28,156 nucleotides of DNA from a virus (Duplodnaviria > Caudoviricetes). Numbering within the stretch: position 1 is the stretch's first letter; the number at the start of each line of letters is the position of its first letter. Positions 8,268 to 16,862 of the stretch are shown piece after piece. Under the pieces are notes generated by a model. It was given only the letters and a program-made list of their open reading frames with translations. It was not told the origin of the DNA and made no database searches. The stretch lies in IMG/VR virus record IMGVR_UViG_3300005805_000355, positions 1-28,156 of that record. One strand, 5' to 3'. Made by a program: the position numbers and the translations under genes.

Positions 8268-11200
8268 CGCCAAACTCCTCAATGGTGGTGCATCCGCAGT
8301 TGGGGTGTATGTCGCTCGCCACCATCACAGGCCTGCTCAGCGTATACAACACACCATCGGTGCCCTGGATCATCTGCCCTGCTGTAAAGAAAGGATCTTT
8401 CAGTTTCGTCTGCTGGCCCTTCAGCGCCCTGCTGGCCCCCTCACACAGCCCGCAAAAGTTGCCAGACAGCAGCCAGCTCTTGTACCGGTACCCCAGCTCC
8501 TCAGCCTGTGCCAGGCTTCCATGCTGGATGGCCCGGCTGGTTTCCGTTCTGGCGATCGTTTCCGCTCGCTGCAGGCTGATGTTGTCCACATCAGCAGACA
8601 GCTTTTCAGCCATCTGGTTGACAGTGGTGCCAGCCTCCAGCTCTTTGCCGATCACCGTCCGCAGCTGCTCTGCCATCGTATCTGTCACGCCCTGCACCAG
8701 GTCGAAGTTGTAGCGCTGCACATATTTCAGCGCAGCATCGCCCTCCAGCGCAGCCTGGCCCGGCTTGCCCTGGGCATCGAAGAACGCCTGGCTGCCCTCA
8801 GCAAACGCTTCGCTGATGGTGTCCTGCAGCACATCACGCAGCGCCTGCTGATTGAACAGGCTGACATCGAATGTGCCATCAGGTTTGAGCGCACCCAGCA
8901 CCTGCCTCATCTGCTCGATGCCCCAGCGTTCGATCAGGCGCTGCATCGTCCGCTGCATGCGCTCAGTGTCTGGATCCGCAGCTTTGCGCCGGCTGCCGCA
9001 GCTGCATTTGCCCTGCCAGTCAAAGCGCCCCACCTGCATGCGCTTCTCTGGCTTCGGTGTGCAGGCCTCTGTTTCACCAGGCAGGCAGGCCTCAGCCTGC
9101 AGCTCAGGATCAGCCTTAGCCTCTGCCTCTGTGTCTGCCTCAGCTGCTGCTGCCTCTGCTGCTGCCTCTTCCTCTGCATCGATCAGCGCAGCTGCCTGCT
9201 CAGCGTACTCACGCATCGGATCGCCACCCCACAGCGCCCAGGCGATTCGGCCAGCGCTTGGGTATCCGTCTTCACCCTCACGCCAGCCCTCACCTTGTTT
9301 GTCGATTTCATGCCTGGCGAAGTAGCTCACGATTCGCATGATCGTTTCGGGGCTGATCGTCCGGCCATTCATAATGTCCCTGGCCCTGGCCACACCCACC
9401 ATCGTGCCACCTCTGCCGAACTCCTCACGCCAGGCCAGGCCCTGCTCTGCCTCTGCTCTGGCCTCTTCCGGCGCCACGAACTCTGGCAGCTCTTTGGTGA
9501 TCAACATCGGCCCTTCGTCACCACATCCACAGTCTGTTTTGCCAGCTGTGCTGCCAGCCGGTGCAGGGCTGCTTTGTTCCTGGGCGTTGTCTTCTCTGCC
9601 AGCGCCAGACACAGCGCCGCTGCCTCCAGCCTCTGCTGCGGTTCGATCCTCACCTGCAGTGTCAGCTGCACTGGCTTTGCGCCGATAGCTTTTTGCCTGC
9701 TCACCTGTAACCTCCCTTTGGGCCAGTGGCCCGAAGATCGCCTGCAGCTGCTCTGGCATGATGCCAGGGAACGCCACACTGGCCAGGGCCTGCCCACTCG
9801 CAGCCGGCAGACCACCACCCACCACATCGCTCACGATTGCCTGCAGCGCTGTCAGCTGCTCTGGTGTCATCGCACCCATTTGCTCACCCTCCAGCTCGCC
9901 TTCTGTCACATCGATGCTTGGCGCTTCTGCCTCAGCTGCTGCGCCTGCCTCTGGCAGCTCGCTTTCTTCGATGTCCACACTGGGTGCCTCTGCCTCAGCG
10001 TTGGCATTAGATGCCCCAAGCGCTGCGCCAATGTCCAGCCTCTCTGCTGATGCCTCTGCCTCTGCCTGCAGCTGTGTGGCCATCTGCTGCCCCTGGCGCA
10101 CAGCTCTGGGTGGCAGGTACAGAACCTTTCGATATTCGTCTGCATCGATCACGCCGGCAGTGAAGGCCTGCGCCATTACCGCTGCCTCAATCTGCTGGTC
10201 TTCCAGGTCTGGATCTTCGTAGGCAAACCACAGGTCGCCTGGCTCCTCACCAAACATCGGCAGCAGGTAGGCTGTCAGATCCTCTGCCACTCTGCACATG
10301 CGCTTCATGCAGGCTCTGGTTAGCAGACGCTCACCCAGTTTGGCACCTGCCAGATTGCTATCGTTCAGTTTCCAGATAGCCTCCGGGATGCCGGCTGCCC
10401 TGTATATCGCTCGCTCGCTCTGCTCTAGGCCAGCGACATAACCCATCTCGTGCGTCTTGCTGGCGCTCTGCACCAGCTCAGCATCTCGGATGATCAGCGC
10501 CCTGCCTGCAGCGAATGGCCCACCCTTGCTGCGCAGCGCTGCCTCTGCCTGCTTCATCTGCTGATCGGTGTAGGTCATCGGAACCCGCAGGATGAACCCC
10601 GGCTGCCCCGCATTCTTCCATCGCTGCACCTCTGTCACCAGGGCTGCGTTCTCTGCATCAGCGTAATGCTCGACGCTGTGCAGCCAGCTGATGCCTTCCC
10701 AGGGCCTGAAAGGATCACGCTGGTAAGGGCTGAAGATCACCTGCTCAGCCGGCACCTCCAGGATGCTGGTGGTTTCACGCCCGTACCGGTACGCTCGCAC
10801 CAGGTTTGATCGATCCAGCACAGCCTGCGTGAACTGAGGGTGCAGCAGATACAGCCCGGATGGCCCTGCCTTTGTGGGCTGCCCTGTCCAGACATAGGCC
10901 TTGCCTGCGGTTTCCCGATACCAGAACAGCATGGTTAGGAAGTCGCTGGCTGTGGTCATCGGGTCAGGATCTGCCAGCAGCTGCAGCGCTGGGTGGTCTG
11001 TCACCTCTTGGACATCACCGGCAGCACTCGCCATGCTCACCATCTTGGCTGTCAGTCGCATGCCACTGCGCTTGCCCTGCAGGAAAGCCTGCTGGCGCCG
11101 ATCGATCGCCACAGCCTTGCCCACCTTCATGCCGGCACCAGCTCTGCGATAAAGCCTTAGCGGATGGCTGGCGCACTCAGTGGCGATGATGCTGCTGGCA

Positions 11201-11379
11201 TTCCAGATGCTGCCCTGGATCGCTCTGGCCACCCTGTTGAAATCCACCTGATTGACAGCTGTGGCAGACCAGGCTGCTTGCTCCTCACCCAGCCTGATGC
11301 TGGCTGCGGTGTATTTGGAATCCATTTCAGTAGGCTCACGCTTCGCAGCTTTGCCTGCCAGCCAGTCGATCCAGCCCAT
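8260..11379 (-). CDS. Portal protein fused to an acidic linker, a small GRGGT/WGGD domain and a C-terminal MuF (SPP1 gp7-like) domain
   Basis: N-terminal ~430 aa HK97-type portal (HPALQLLADPDP, GKAYVW, LYLLHP, IYRAAGIP); C-terminal RAETIARTET...KSW...CGLC...HPNCGC MuF signature. Confidence 0.85.
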   Translation of the reverse strand: MGWIDWLAGKAAKREPTEMDSKYTAASIRLGEEQAAWSATAVNQVDFNRVARAIQGSIWNASSIIATECASHPLRLYRRAGAGMKVGKAVAIDRRQQAFLQGKRSGMRLTAKMVSMASAAGDVQEVTDHPALQLLADPDPMTTASDFLTMLFWYRETAGKAYVWTGQPTKAGPSGLYLLHPQFTQAVLDRSNLVRAYRYGRETTSILEVPAEQVIFSPYQRDPFRPWEGISWLHSVEHYADAENAALVTEVQRWKNAGQPGFILRVPMTYTDQQMKQAEAALRSKGGPFAAGRALIIRDAELVQSASKTHEMGYVAGLEQSERAIYRAAGIPEAIWKLNDSNLAGAKLGERLLTRACMKRMCRVAEDLTAYLLPMFGEEPGDLWFAYEDPDLEDQQIEAAVMAQAFTAGVIDADEYRKVLYLPPRAVRQGQQMATQLQAEAEASAERLDIGAALGASNANAEAEAPSVDIEESELPEAGAAAEAEAPSIDVTEGELEGEQMGAMTPEQLTALQAIVSDVVGGGLPAASGQALASVAFPGIMPEQLQAIFGPLAQREVTGEQAKSYRRKASAADTAGEDRTAAEAGGSGAVSGAGREDNAQEQSSPAPAGSTAGKTDCGCGDEGPMLITKELPEFVAPEEARAEAEQGLAWREEFGRGGTMVGVARARDIMNGRTISPETIMRIVSYFARHEIDKQGEGWREGEDGYPSAGRIAWALWGGDPMREYAEQAAALIDAEEEAAAEAAAAEADTEAEAKADPELQAEACLPGETEACTPKPEKRMQVGRFDWQGKCSCGSRRKAADPDTERMQRTMQRLIERWGIEQMRQVLGALKPDGTFDVSLFNQQALRDVLQDTISEAFAEGSQAFFDAQGKPGQAALEGDAALKYVQRYNFDLVQGVTDTMAEQLRTVIGKELEAGTTVNQMAEKLSADVDNISLQRAETIARTETSRAIQHGSLAQAEELGYRYKSWLLSGNFCGLCEGASRALKGQQTKLKDPFFTAGQMIQGTDGVLYTLSRPVMVASDIHPNCGCTTIEEFGDD

Positions 11380-11387
11380 ATTTCACC

Positions 11388-12692
11388 TCACCATTCGACC
11401 TGCGCAATATAACTGCCGCCTGCTGCGCTGCTGTCGATCGCCTGCACAGCGTACCGCATCGCATCCATTCCGTGATTGTCTTTGTCCTGTGGCAGATCAC
11501 GAACCATGCCATCCCTGGCCTGCTGCCAAATGTATCTGTGGAACTCCTCCAGGGTGCTGCATGGCCTGTGTGCAGCTGCCAGCTTTCTATCTGCCTCCAC
11601 CAGCGCATGCCTCAGCACATATAGCCTGGGCCTGCCATCGGTCTGCACTCGCAGCCGGCTGCGCACTGCTGCAATCCCGGTGTCGATGTCTTTCTGCGCT
11701 GGCACGGTATAGATGCCACGCCTGTGCAGAGTTTCCCGATCCTCACGATCATGGTCTGCCACGGTGCTGGTGTAGTCTTCGCCGGCGCTCAGCTCTGTGA
11801 TGATCCTGGCATGATCCTCCACCAGCCTGGCGCTCATATAAACCTCCCGATACAGGTACAGCGCCTCACCTGAATCAGCCCACCACTGGCACACGAAAGG
11901 ATCGTTGTATCCGAAGTCGATGCTGCGGATCTTCGGCCACTGCTGCCAGCCAGCTGGCATCTGATCGATCACATGCACTGCGGTATCAAACTCAGGATAA
12001 ACCACACCCTCAGCGCTGCACCAGCGCCCCTCCAGCAGCCTGGCCCTGCGATGTCCTGACAGTGCTTCCAGGCTCTGCATGAAGCTCTGGCCATCTCTGG
12101 TCAGCTGTCCGGCGCTGTAGAATCTGGGGTTGTCTGTCAGCCTGGTGGTAATGCGCTCGAACCATCCCCTGCTGGCACGCTCATTCAACCAGTGGCGCTC
12201 TGATCCGGGGTTGCAGTCGCACACCAGCTGCTGCCAGGGCATCTTGCCGCTGCGCAGCGCTCGCAGCAGCTGCTCAATTTCGTTCTCGGTGGTTTCGAGC
12301 GCTTCGAAGACCGTGATCGTATCGTACTCAGCGGAATAGGTTTTCTCTGGTTTGTCCAGCCCACCACAGACCACTGTGCTGCCATTGGGGTAGTGGTACG
12401 CCTCTCGATTCGATCGGCGCACCCAGCCAAAGACCTGCATGCTGTCCCGATGAACATCCCTTTCCCAGGTCACAAGCACCGATTCGCTCAGGCTGGCCCT
12501 GGTCTTTCGACACACCAGATGCCGGCTGCCTGGCCAAAGCCTAGCAAGCGCATCGATACGCTCCAGCTCGTTGCGGGTTTTGCCTGTGCCGGCTGGGCCC
12601 TCCACCAGCACCCTGGGTGATCGGGTTGCCCAAAGGCGCCGATGTGCGCCCACTGGCGCAAACTCAGACGCAGCACCAGGTATGTCATTCAT
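11388..12692 (-). CDS. terL: Terminase large subunit
   Basis: Walker A GPAGTGKT, DCNPG coupling motif, nuclease motifs SIDFGYNDP and DNHGMDAMRY; likely start ATG 12692. Confidence 0.92.
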   Translation of the reverse strand: MNDIPGAASEFAPVGAHRRLWATRSPRVLVEGPAGTGKTRNELERIDALARLWPGSRHLVCRKTRASLSESVLVTWERDVHRDSMQVFGWVRRSNREAYHYPNGSTVVCGGLDKPEKTYSAEYDTITVFEALETTENEIEQLLRALRSGKMPWQQLVCDCNPGSERHWLNERASRGWFERITTRLTDNPRFYSAGQLTRDGQSFMQSLEALSGHRRARLLEGRWCSAEGVVYPEFDTAVHVIDQMPAGWQQWPKIRSIDFGYNDPFVCQWWADSGEALYLYREVYMSARLVEDHARIITELSAGEDYTSTVADHDREDRETLHRRGIYTVPAQKDIDTGIAAVRSRLRVQTDGRPRLYVLRHALVEADRKLAAAHRPCSTLEEFHRYIWQQARDGMVRDLPQDKDNHGMDAMRYAVQAIDSSAAGGSYIAQVEW

Positions 12693-12870
12693 CGTCTGCC
12701 TCACGAATCATGCCCTGATAATGCAGCACGCTGTGGCACCCATCACGCACGATATACACAGCCCATTTGTCACCCACAGCAGCCCAATATTGCAGCGCCC
12801 TGGGCATCGTCAAACGCTCGCCATCCAAAGGCCCACCACGCAGCTCCACATCGATCTGCTCTGGTTTCAA
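12685..12870 (-). CDS. Small hypothetical protein (61 aa, GGPLDG motif)
   Basis: Overlaps the neighbouring stop and start codons on both sides, consistent with translational coupling. Confidence 0.55.
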   Translation of the reverse strand: MKPEQIDVELRGGPLDGERLTMPRALQYWAAVGDKWAVYIVRDGCHSVLHYQGMIREADDE

Positions 12871-13211
12871 AGCAGCGCCTCCGGATCGATGCCCCGGATG
12901 AACTTCACAGGCAGCTGCTGTGCTGCTCCCTCTGGCTGGGCATCAGCTCGGGCGATCCGGTCAGCCACCTGCACCAGATCCAGGTTGTGTTTCACCATCG
13001 CCAGCGCCAGCTTTGCGCCGGCGTTCTGGATCCTGGGGCTGTCCGATTTCAGCAGCTTTGCCACCACATGTGGCAGCGCCTCCAGCAGCTGCTGCGGTAC
13101 CGGCACACCCTTAGCGCCCAGCTCGTGCAGACGCTGGCACACGATGGCCACATTGGCCCTGGTGTGGGTGCCGTCAACGATCTGGTCAACCAGCGGGTTG
13201 GGGTCTGACAT
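12867..13211 (-). CDS. Putative terminase small subunit
   Basis: 114-aa helical protein with a short C-terminal beta strand (PVKFIRG) upstream of terL; assignment mainly positional. Confidence 0.45.
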   Translation of the reverse strand: MSDPNPLVDQIVDGTHTRANVAIVCQRLHELGAKGVPVPQQLLEALPHVVAKLLKSDSPRIQNAGAKLALAMVKHNLDLVQVADRIARADAQPEGAAQQLPVKFIRGIDPEALL

Positions 13212-13239
13212 ATAGCACCTGGCTGCCAGTCAGCATATC

Positions 13240-15627
13240 TCAGGCCTGGCCCTCTGCCTCAGCGCCCAGGGCCTCAGCGCCCAGCTCCACATCGACCTCA
13301 CCACAGCGCTGCACCGCCTGCTTGAAATCACCTTTGACAAACACCAGCACATTCTGGTGGCTCTTGCCCAGCTTCCTGCTGGCACTGAAAGCCTTGCCAG
13401 CTCGCAGCGCCAGGCTGCCGCATGGTGTCACCAGGATGCCCTCATTGTAAAACTGCAGGCCTGCATCTCGAAACGCCTGCACTGTGTCACCTACGAAGTC
13501 ACGATAGTGGCCAGCAGGATCACGCACCTCACCCACAACGCACACAGCAAAAGTGTGATCACGCAGCAGGCTGCAGGCCTCTGCGATGATGCGCCGGTAG
13601 GCTGTCAGAAACTCAGGGTATTCCATGCCACTGATGTCTGCAGGGTCATCGCTGTAAACCTCAAGGTCGGCATAGGGTGGGCAGGTCAGCAGCATATCAG
13701 CCTGCACGCCAGCGCAGATGCTGCGGATGTTGCAGCTGTCACCCTGGTGCCAGACCGGTGCAGGGCAGCTGCCACTGATGCTGATGCTGCTGGCGCCGGA
13801 CATCGCTGCTGCTGTCTGCCTGATGCCCACCACCCACAGCAGGCTGCCTGGTTTCATGTGCGGGACGCACTTGGCTTCATATATCGGATCCAGCTGCACG
13901 CCAGCGAAAACGCAATGCTGTGCCGGCTCATGGTAATCGGTGCCACTGGGCACCAGCTGCACCATCTGCCTCCACTGCGCTGGGGCATATCTGTCCAGGC
14001 GCTCAGCAGGATCGGCGTTGACCTGAACAGCCACAACCTCAATGTCCTGGCGCCCTGTATCGAGCAGACCCCACAGGATGCCGGCCAGACTCATCCCTGA
14101 CCCGCATGGCACCACCAGGCGCTTGCATTCTGTCGGCAGGTTCGCCACCTGTCGCCTGGTGTGCGCCACAGCCTCTGGGCATTCCATGCCAAACGGGATT
14201 TCCAGCCATCCGCTTTCAGCTGCATCGTCCGCAGCTCGCTTCGTGATCACAGTGTTGTAGCCTGCCCGGTGCTGCACGATTTCAGCGCCAGCATCCTGCG
14301 CTGCCTGCACCTCTGGCGAAAGCTCGCCCTCTGGGGTGTGCGCTCTACAGCCCAGGCCCAGGGCCCTGGCAACATGCGCCACGATGTTGACCTGCGGGCT
14401 GGCCCGGCTGCCAGCTGTCACCAGACCTGCGCACTGTGCCGGCGCTCGTTTGGCCAGTGTCAGGCAGCTACGCACCTTGCCACCACACACCCCATCGACC
14501 TGAAACGCATCGTCACGCTTAAACCACCAGTCACCGATCTGCTGCACCGGGGTCAGCTCATCGGGATCAGTCACCACAGGCCTGGGCACACCCTGCTGCG
14601 CTGCCCTAGCACTGATCGTCTGCCACTGCTGCCGGTTTGCCTCCACCTGCTCACCACGCAGGTCACACCCAACATAGCTGCGCCCCAGCACTGCGCTCAC
14701 CACACCACGCACACTGCCGCCGGCAAAGGGATCCAGCACCACGCCACGCTCAGGACTGAACCAACGCACTGCCAGCTCAGCCAGCACGGGATCGAAGATG
14801 CTTGTTCCGGTCGCAGATGCTTGTGCAGAAGCATGGCTGCCATACCCCACATCCTCAGCACTTGCCCTGCGCTTGATCGGAACATACACCAGCTTCCCAT
14901 CTGCGCCACGCTTGGCCTGCAGGCCCTGGCCCAGGCTGGCGCCCTGCCCACCGATGGTGCCCATCGTCTGCGCCGATCCGGCTGCGCCGGCCACATTCTC
15001 AGCCCGGCCAAGCTCGCTGCGGATACCAAGCCCGATCCAGGCTCGCTTCCGATCCTGCCACCAGCCCTGTCTGGCATCCAGCACCGAAAATGGTGGTGCC
15101 AGGAATCGAGCTGACAGGTTGCCTGCGCCGGCGTTGGCTGGTGTCAGATCATCCAGCAGCTCTGCGACATCGGCAGCATCGAAACCGGTATCAGGCAGCG
15201 CCTCATCAGGCAGGCTTTGCAGCAGCTGCGCCAGCACCTCATCATTCCATTCGGCCAGCTCTGCTGTCCTGTTGTCTGCGATGGCATAGGCCACTGCCTC
15301 AATGCTGCTGTCATCGACCACCAGCGCAGCGATCTTCGACCAGCCCAGCGCTTTGGCTGCGGCCAGGCGCCCGTTGCCAGCTCGCACGATCATGCCCTGC
15401 CTCTGCACCACGATCGGCGCCCGTTGGCCCCACCTGGCCAGGCTCGCTTTGATCGCATCCAGGTTCGTCTGGCTGTGCATCCTGGCGTTCGCTGGGTCAG
15501 GATGCAGGCTGTCGATCGGCAAGGCCAGGTGCTGCAGCTGATCTGCGATGTACGGGGTGCCCCCCTGCCCCCTGGGGCTGGGGTCTGCGTCTGGTGTCGC
15601 CAGCGCCTGCTCTGCTTGCTCGCTCAT
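13240..15627 (-). CDS. ParB-N / amino-DNA-methyltransferase fusion with an inserted fold-type-II PLP-dependent enzyme domain
   Basis: ParB/Srx aa ~35-130 (PANARMH, PIVV, AGNGRL, ADNR); MTase motif I VLDPFAGGSVRG (297-308), GDS (629-631), motif IV TCPPY (648-652); PLP insert aa ~355-603 (LTPV, KRDD, GGK384, PCGSGMS, LDPIYEAK). Confidence 0.85.
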   Translation of the reverse strand: MSEQAEQALATPDADPSPRGQGGTPYIADQLQHLALPIDSLHPDPANARMHSQTNLDAIKASLARWGQRAPIVVQRQGMIVRAGNGRLAAAKALGWSKIAALVVDDSSIEAVAYAIADNRTAELAEWNDEVLAQLLQSLPDEALPDTGFDAADVAELLDDLTPANAGAGNLSARFLAPPFSVLDARQGWWQDRKRAWIGLGIRSELGRAENVAGAAGSAQTMGTIGGQGASLGQGLQAKRGADGKLVYVPIKRRASAEDVGYGSHASAQASATGTSIFDPVLAELAVRWFSPERGVVLDPFAGGSVRGVVSAVLGRSYVGCDLRGEQVEANRQQWQTISARAAQQGVPRPVVTDPDELTPVQQIGDWWFKRDDAFQVDGVCGGKVRSCLTLAKRAPAQCAGLVTAGSRASPQVNIVAHVARALGLGCRAHTPEGELSPEVQAAQDAGAEIVQHRAGYNTVITKRAADDAAESGWLEIPFGMECPEAVAHTRRQVANLPTECKRLVVPCGSGMSLAGILWGLLDTGRQDIEVVAVQVNADPAERLDRYAPAQWRQMVQLVPSGTDYHEPAQHCVFAGVQLDPIYEAKCVPHMKPGSLLWVVGIRQTAAAMSGASSISISGSCPAPVWHQGDSCNIRSICAGVQADMLLTCPPYADLEVYSDDPADISGMEYPEFLTAYRRIIAEACSLLRDHTFAVCVVGEVRDPAGHYRDFVGDTVQAFRDAGLQFYNEGILVTPCGSLALRAGKAFSASRKLGKSHQNVLVFVKGDFKQAVQRCGEVDVELGAEALGAEAEGQA

Positions 15628-15875
15628 TCTATCTGCTCCTCTTCATCTGGGTCATCGATCACCAAATCATCAGCCTGCCAGCCCTCCACAAGATGCCCGT
15701 ACTGATCACGCAGCACAGGCTCGCTCAGGATGGCATCACGCAGGCCCTCTGCCAGTTTGCGAAAGGCCTGCTGCTCCAGATTCCTAGCCTGCTCACGATT
15801 CAGCCCCATCAGCGCTGCTGTTTCGGTCAAGCTTCGGCTGGCATATGGGTTGCCCTGCCTTGGCCCTAGCTTCAT
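15624..15875 (-). CDS. Sigma70 region-4-like HTH protein, possible late regulator
   Basis: RSLTETAALMGLNREQARNLEQQAFRKL resembles the region 4.2 pattern TLEEIG..LG.TRERVRQIE..AL.KL; start uncertain (ATG 15875 chosen). Confidence 0.65.
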   Translation of the reverse strand: MKLGPRQGNPYASRSLTETAALMGLNREQARNLEQQAFRKLAEGLRDAILSEPVLRDQYGHLVEGWQADDLVIDDPDEEEQIE

Positions 15876-16323
15876 CGATCGCCACCAAGACTGCTGCCGG
15901 GGTGATGATCGCAGCCCGGTGCAGCTCCAGGGCGTCAATCTGTGAATCGTCTGCCCAGACGCCTGCTTTGGTCAGGCTGTCCAGCAGCACTTTTAGGATG
16001 TTGTCCAGGTCACGCCGGCGCCTGTCTGGTGGCATCGCCACGATCGAAACCCGCAGCCTGCCTGTCAGGGTGTCACCGATCAGATTGCCAAGCTGGCGCT
16101 GCTGTGTCACCATCTGCTGCACATGGTCGATGTAGCTGCGCCCCTCAGCACTGATTACAACCCTGTTGAGTCGATGCAGGCTGCGCCAGAATCTGTTGGC
16201 ACTGGGTGGCCAAGGCAAGCGCAGATCAGCTCGCCTGTGCCATGCAACAGCACCAGGCGCAGCGTCAAGATCGGCAATGTGATCTGCCGCTGCCGCTGCG
16301 ATCCTGCGCTGTTTCTTTGGCAT
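15793..16323 (-). CDS. rusA: RusA-family Holliday junction resolvase
   Basis: LPWPPSANRFWR, PPDRRRRDLDNILKVLLDSL and DDSQID catalytic motifs. Confidence 0.92.
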   Translation of the reverse strand: MPKKQRRIAAAAADHIADLDAAPGAVAWHRRADLRLPWPPSANRFWRSLHRLNRVVISAEGRSYIDHVQQMVTQQRQLGNLIGDTLTGRLRVSIVAMPPDRRRRDLDNILKVLLDSLTKAGVWADDSQIDALELHRAAIITPAAVLVAIDEARAKAGQPICQPKLDRNSSADGAES

Positions 16324-16325
16324 GC

Positions 16326-16544
16326 TCAGGCTTCCTGGCTGTCTGGCCGATCAATCGCCTCATCCACTGCCCTCTGGGCTGCGTTCAGCGCTGCAGCCCG
16401 ATCCGGCTGCGGATCTTGGGCCTGCTGCCTGGCCAGGTAACACTCGTTTGCCATCAGGCGCAGAAGCTCCAGCAGTTTGGCCTGCGCTCGCACCTGCATG
16501 CTCAGGTATCGCACCGCTTCGTTGCCATTTTCGGGATCGATCAC
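16326..16544 (-). CDS. Hypothetical protein (72 aa)
   Basis: GTG start overlapping the upstream stop (GTGA) behind a GGGGGTG RBS; helical. Confidence 0.5.
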   Translation of the reverse strand: MIDPENGNEAVRYLSMQVRAQAKLLELLRLMANECYLARQQAQDPQPDRAAALNAAQRAVDEAIDRPDSQEA

Positions 16545-16840
16545 GCTGCACCCCCGAAATGCCAGGGCTGCAGCCACTCAGGCTGAGCGTTCTTGATGCG
16601 CCACCTGACAACGCTGGCATCGATGCCCAGCAGGCTGCCGATCCTGCGCAGGCTCAGCTGAGCGCACTCAGGATGCACGCAGGCCCTCATTCGTGCTGTG
16701 ATCTGGTTCCTGGCAGCCACATTGCCTGGCGATCGATCGCCGGCCAGCACGCCAGGCCCGAATCCTGTCTGCTGCAGCACCTGCTGCAGGATTTGCTGCG
16801 CCAGGGCGTCTTTGGTCTGTTTTCTGGTCTTTGTCCGCAT
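16541..16840 (-). CDS. DnaA C-terminal (domain IV)-like HTH protein
   Basis: RSPGNVAARNQITARMR...LSLRRIGSLLGIDASVV resembles DnaA domain IV (R...ARQIAMYL...SL.EIG..FG.DHTTV); AGGAAGG RBS before ATG 16840. Confidence 0.55.
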   Translation of the reverse strand: MRTKTRKQTKDALAQQILQQVLQQTGFGPGVLAGDRSPGNVAARNQITARMRACVHPECAQLSLRRIGSLLGIDASVVRWRIKNAQPEWLQPWHFGGAA

Positions 16841-16862
16841 GTTTGCACCTTCCTGCCTGATC

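Noticed and set aside
8247-8270. 12-bp tandem repeat encoding MTEAMTEA
   Set aside because: Real but most simply a small duplication at the portal/protease junction giving two possible starts; no evidence of function.
8212-10050. 612-aa plus-strand ORF
   Set aside because: Antisense shadow of the portal-MuF gene; Leu/Cys/His-rich composition, no motifs and no RBS.
13819-14565. Insert in the methyltransferase as an intein or homing endonuclease
   Set aside because: No Cys/Ser start with His-Asn end and no LAGLIDADG or HNH motifs; it carries PLP-enzyme motifs instead.
15240-15525. ParB domain as evidence for a plasmid-prophage partition system
   Set aside because: Only the ParB/Srx N-domain is present, fused to a methyltransferase; no ParA, HTH or parS array was seen.
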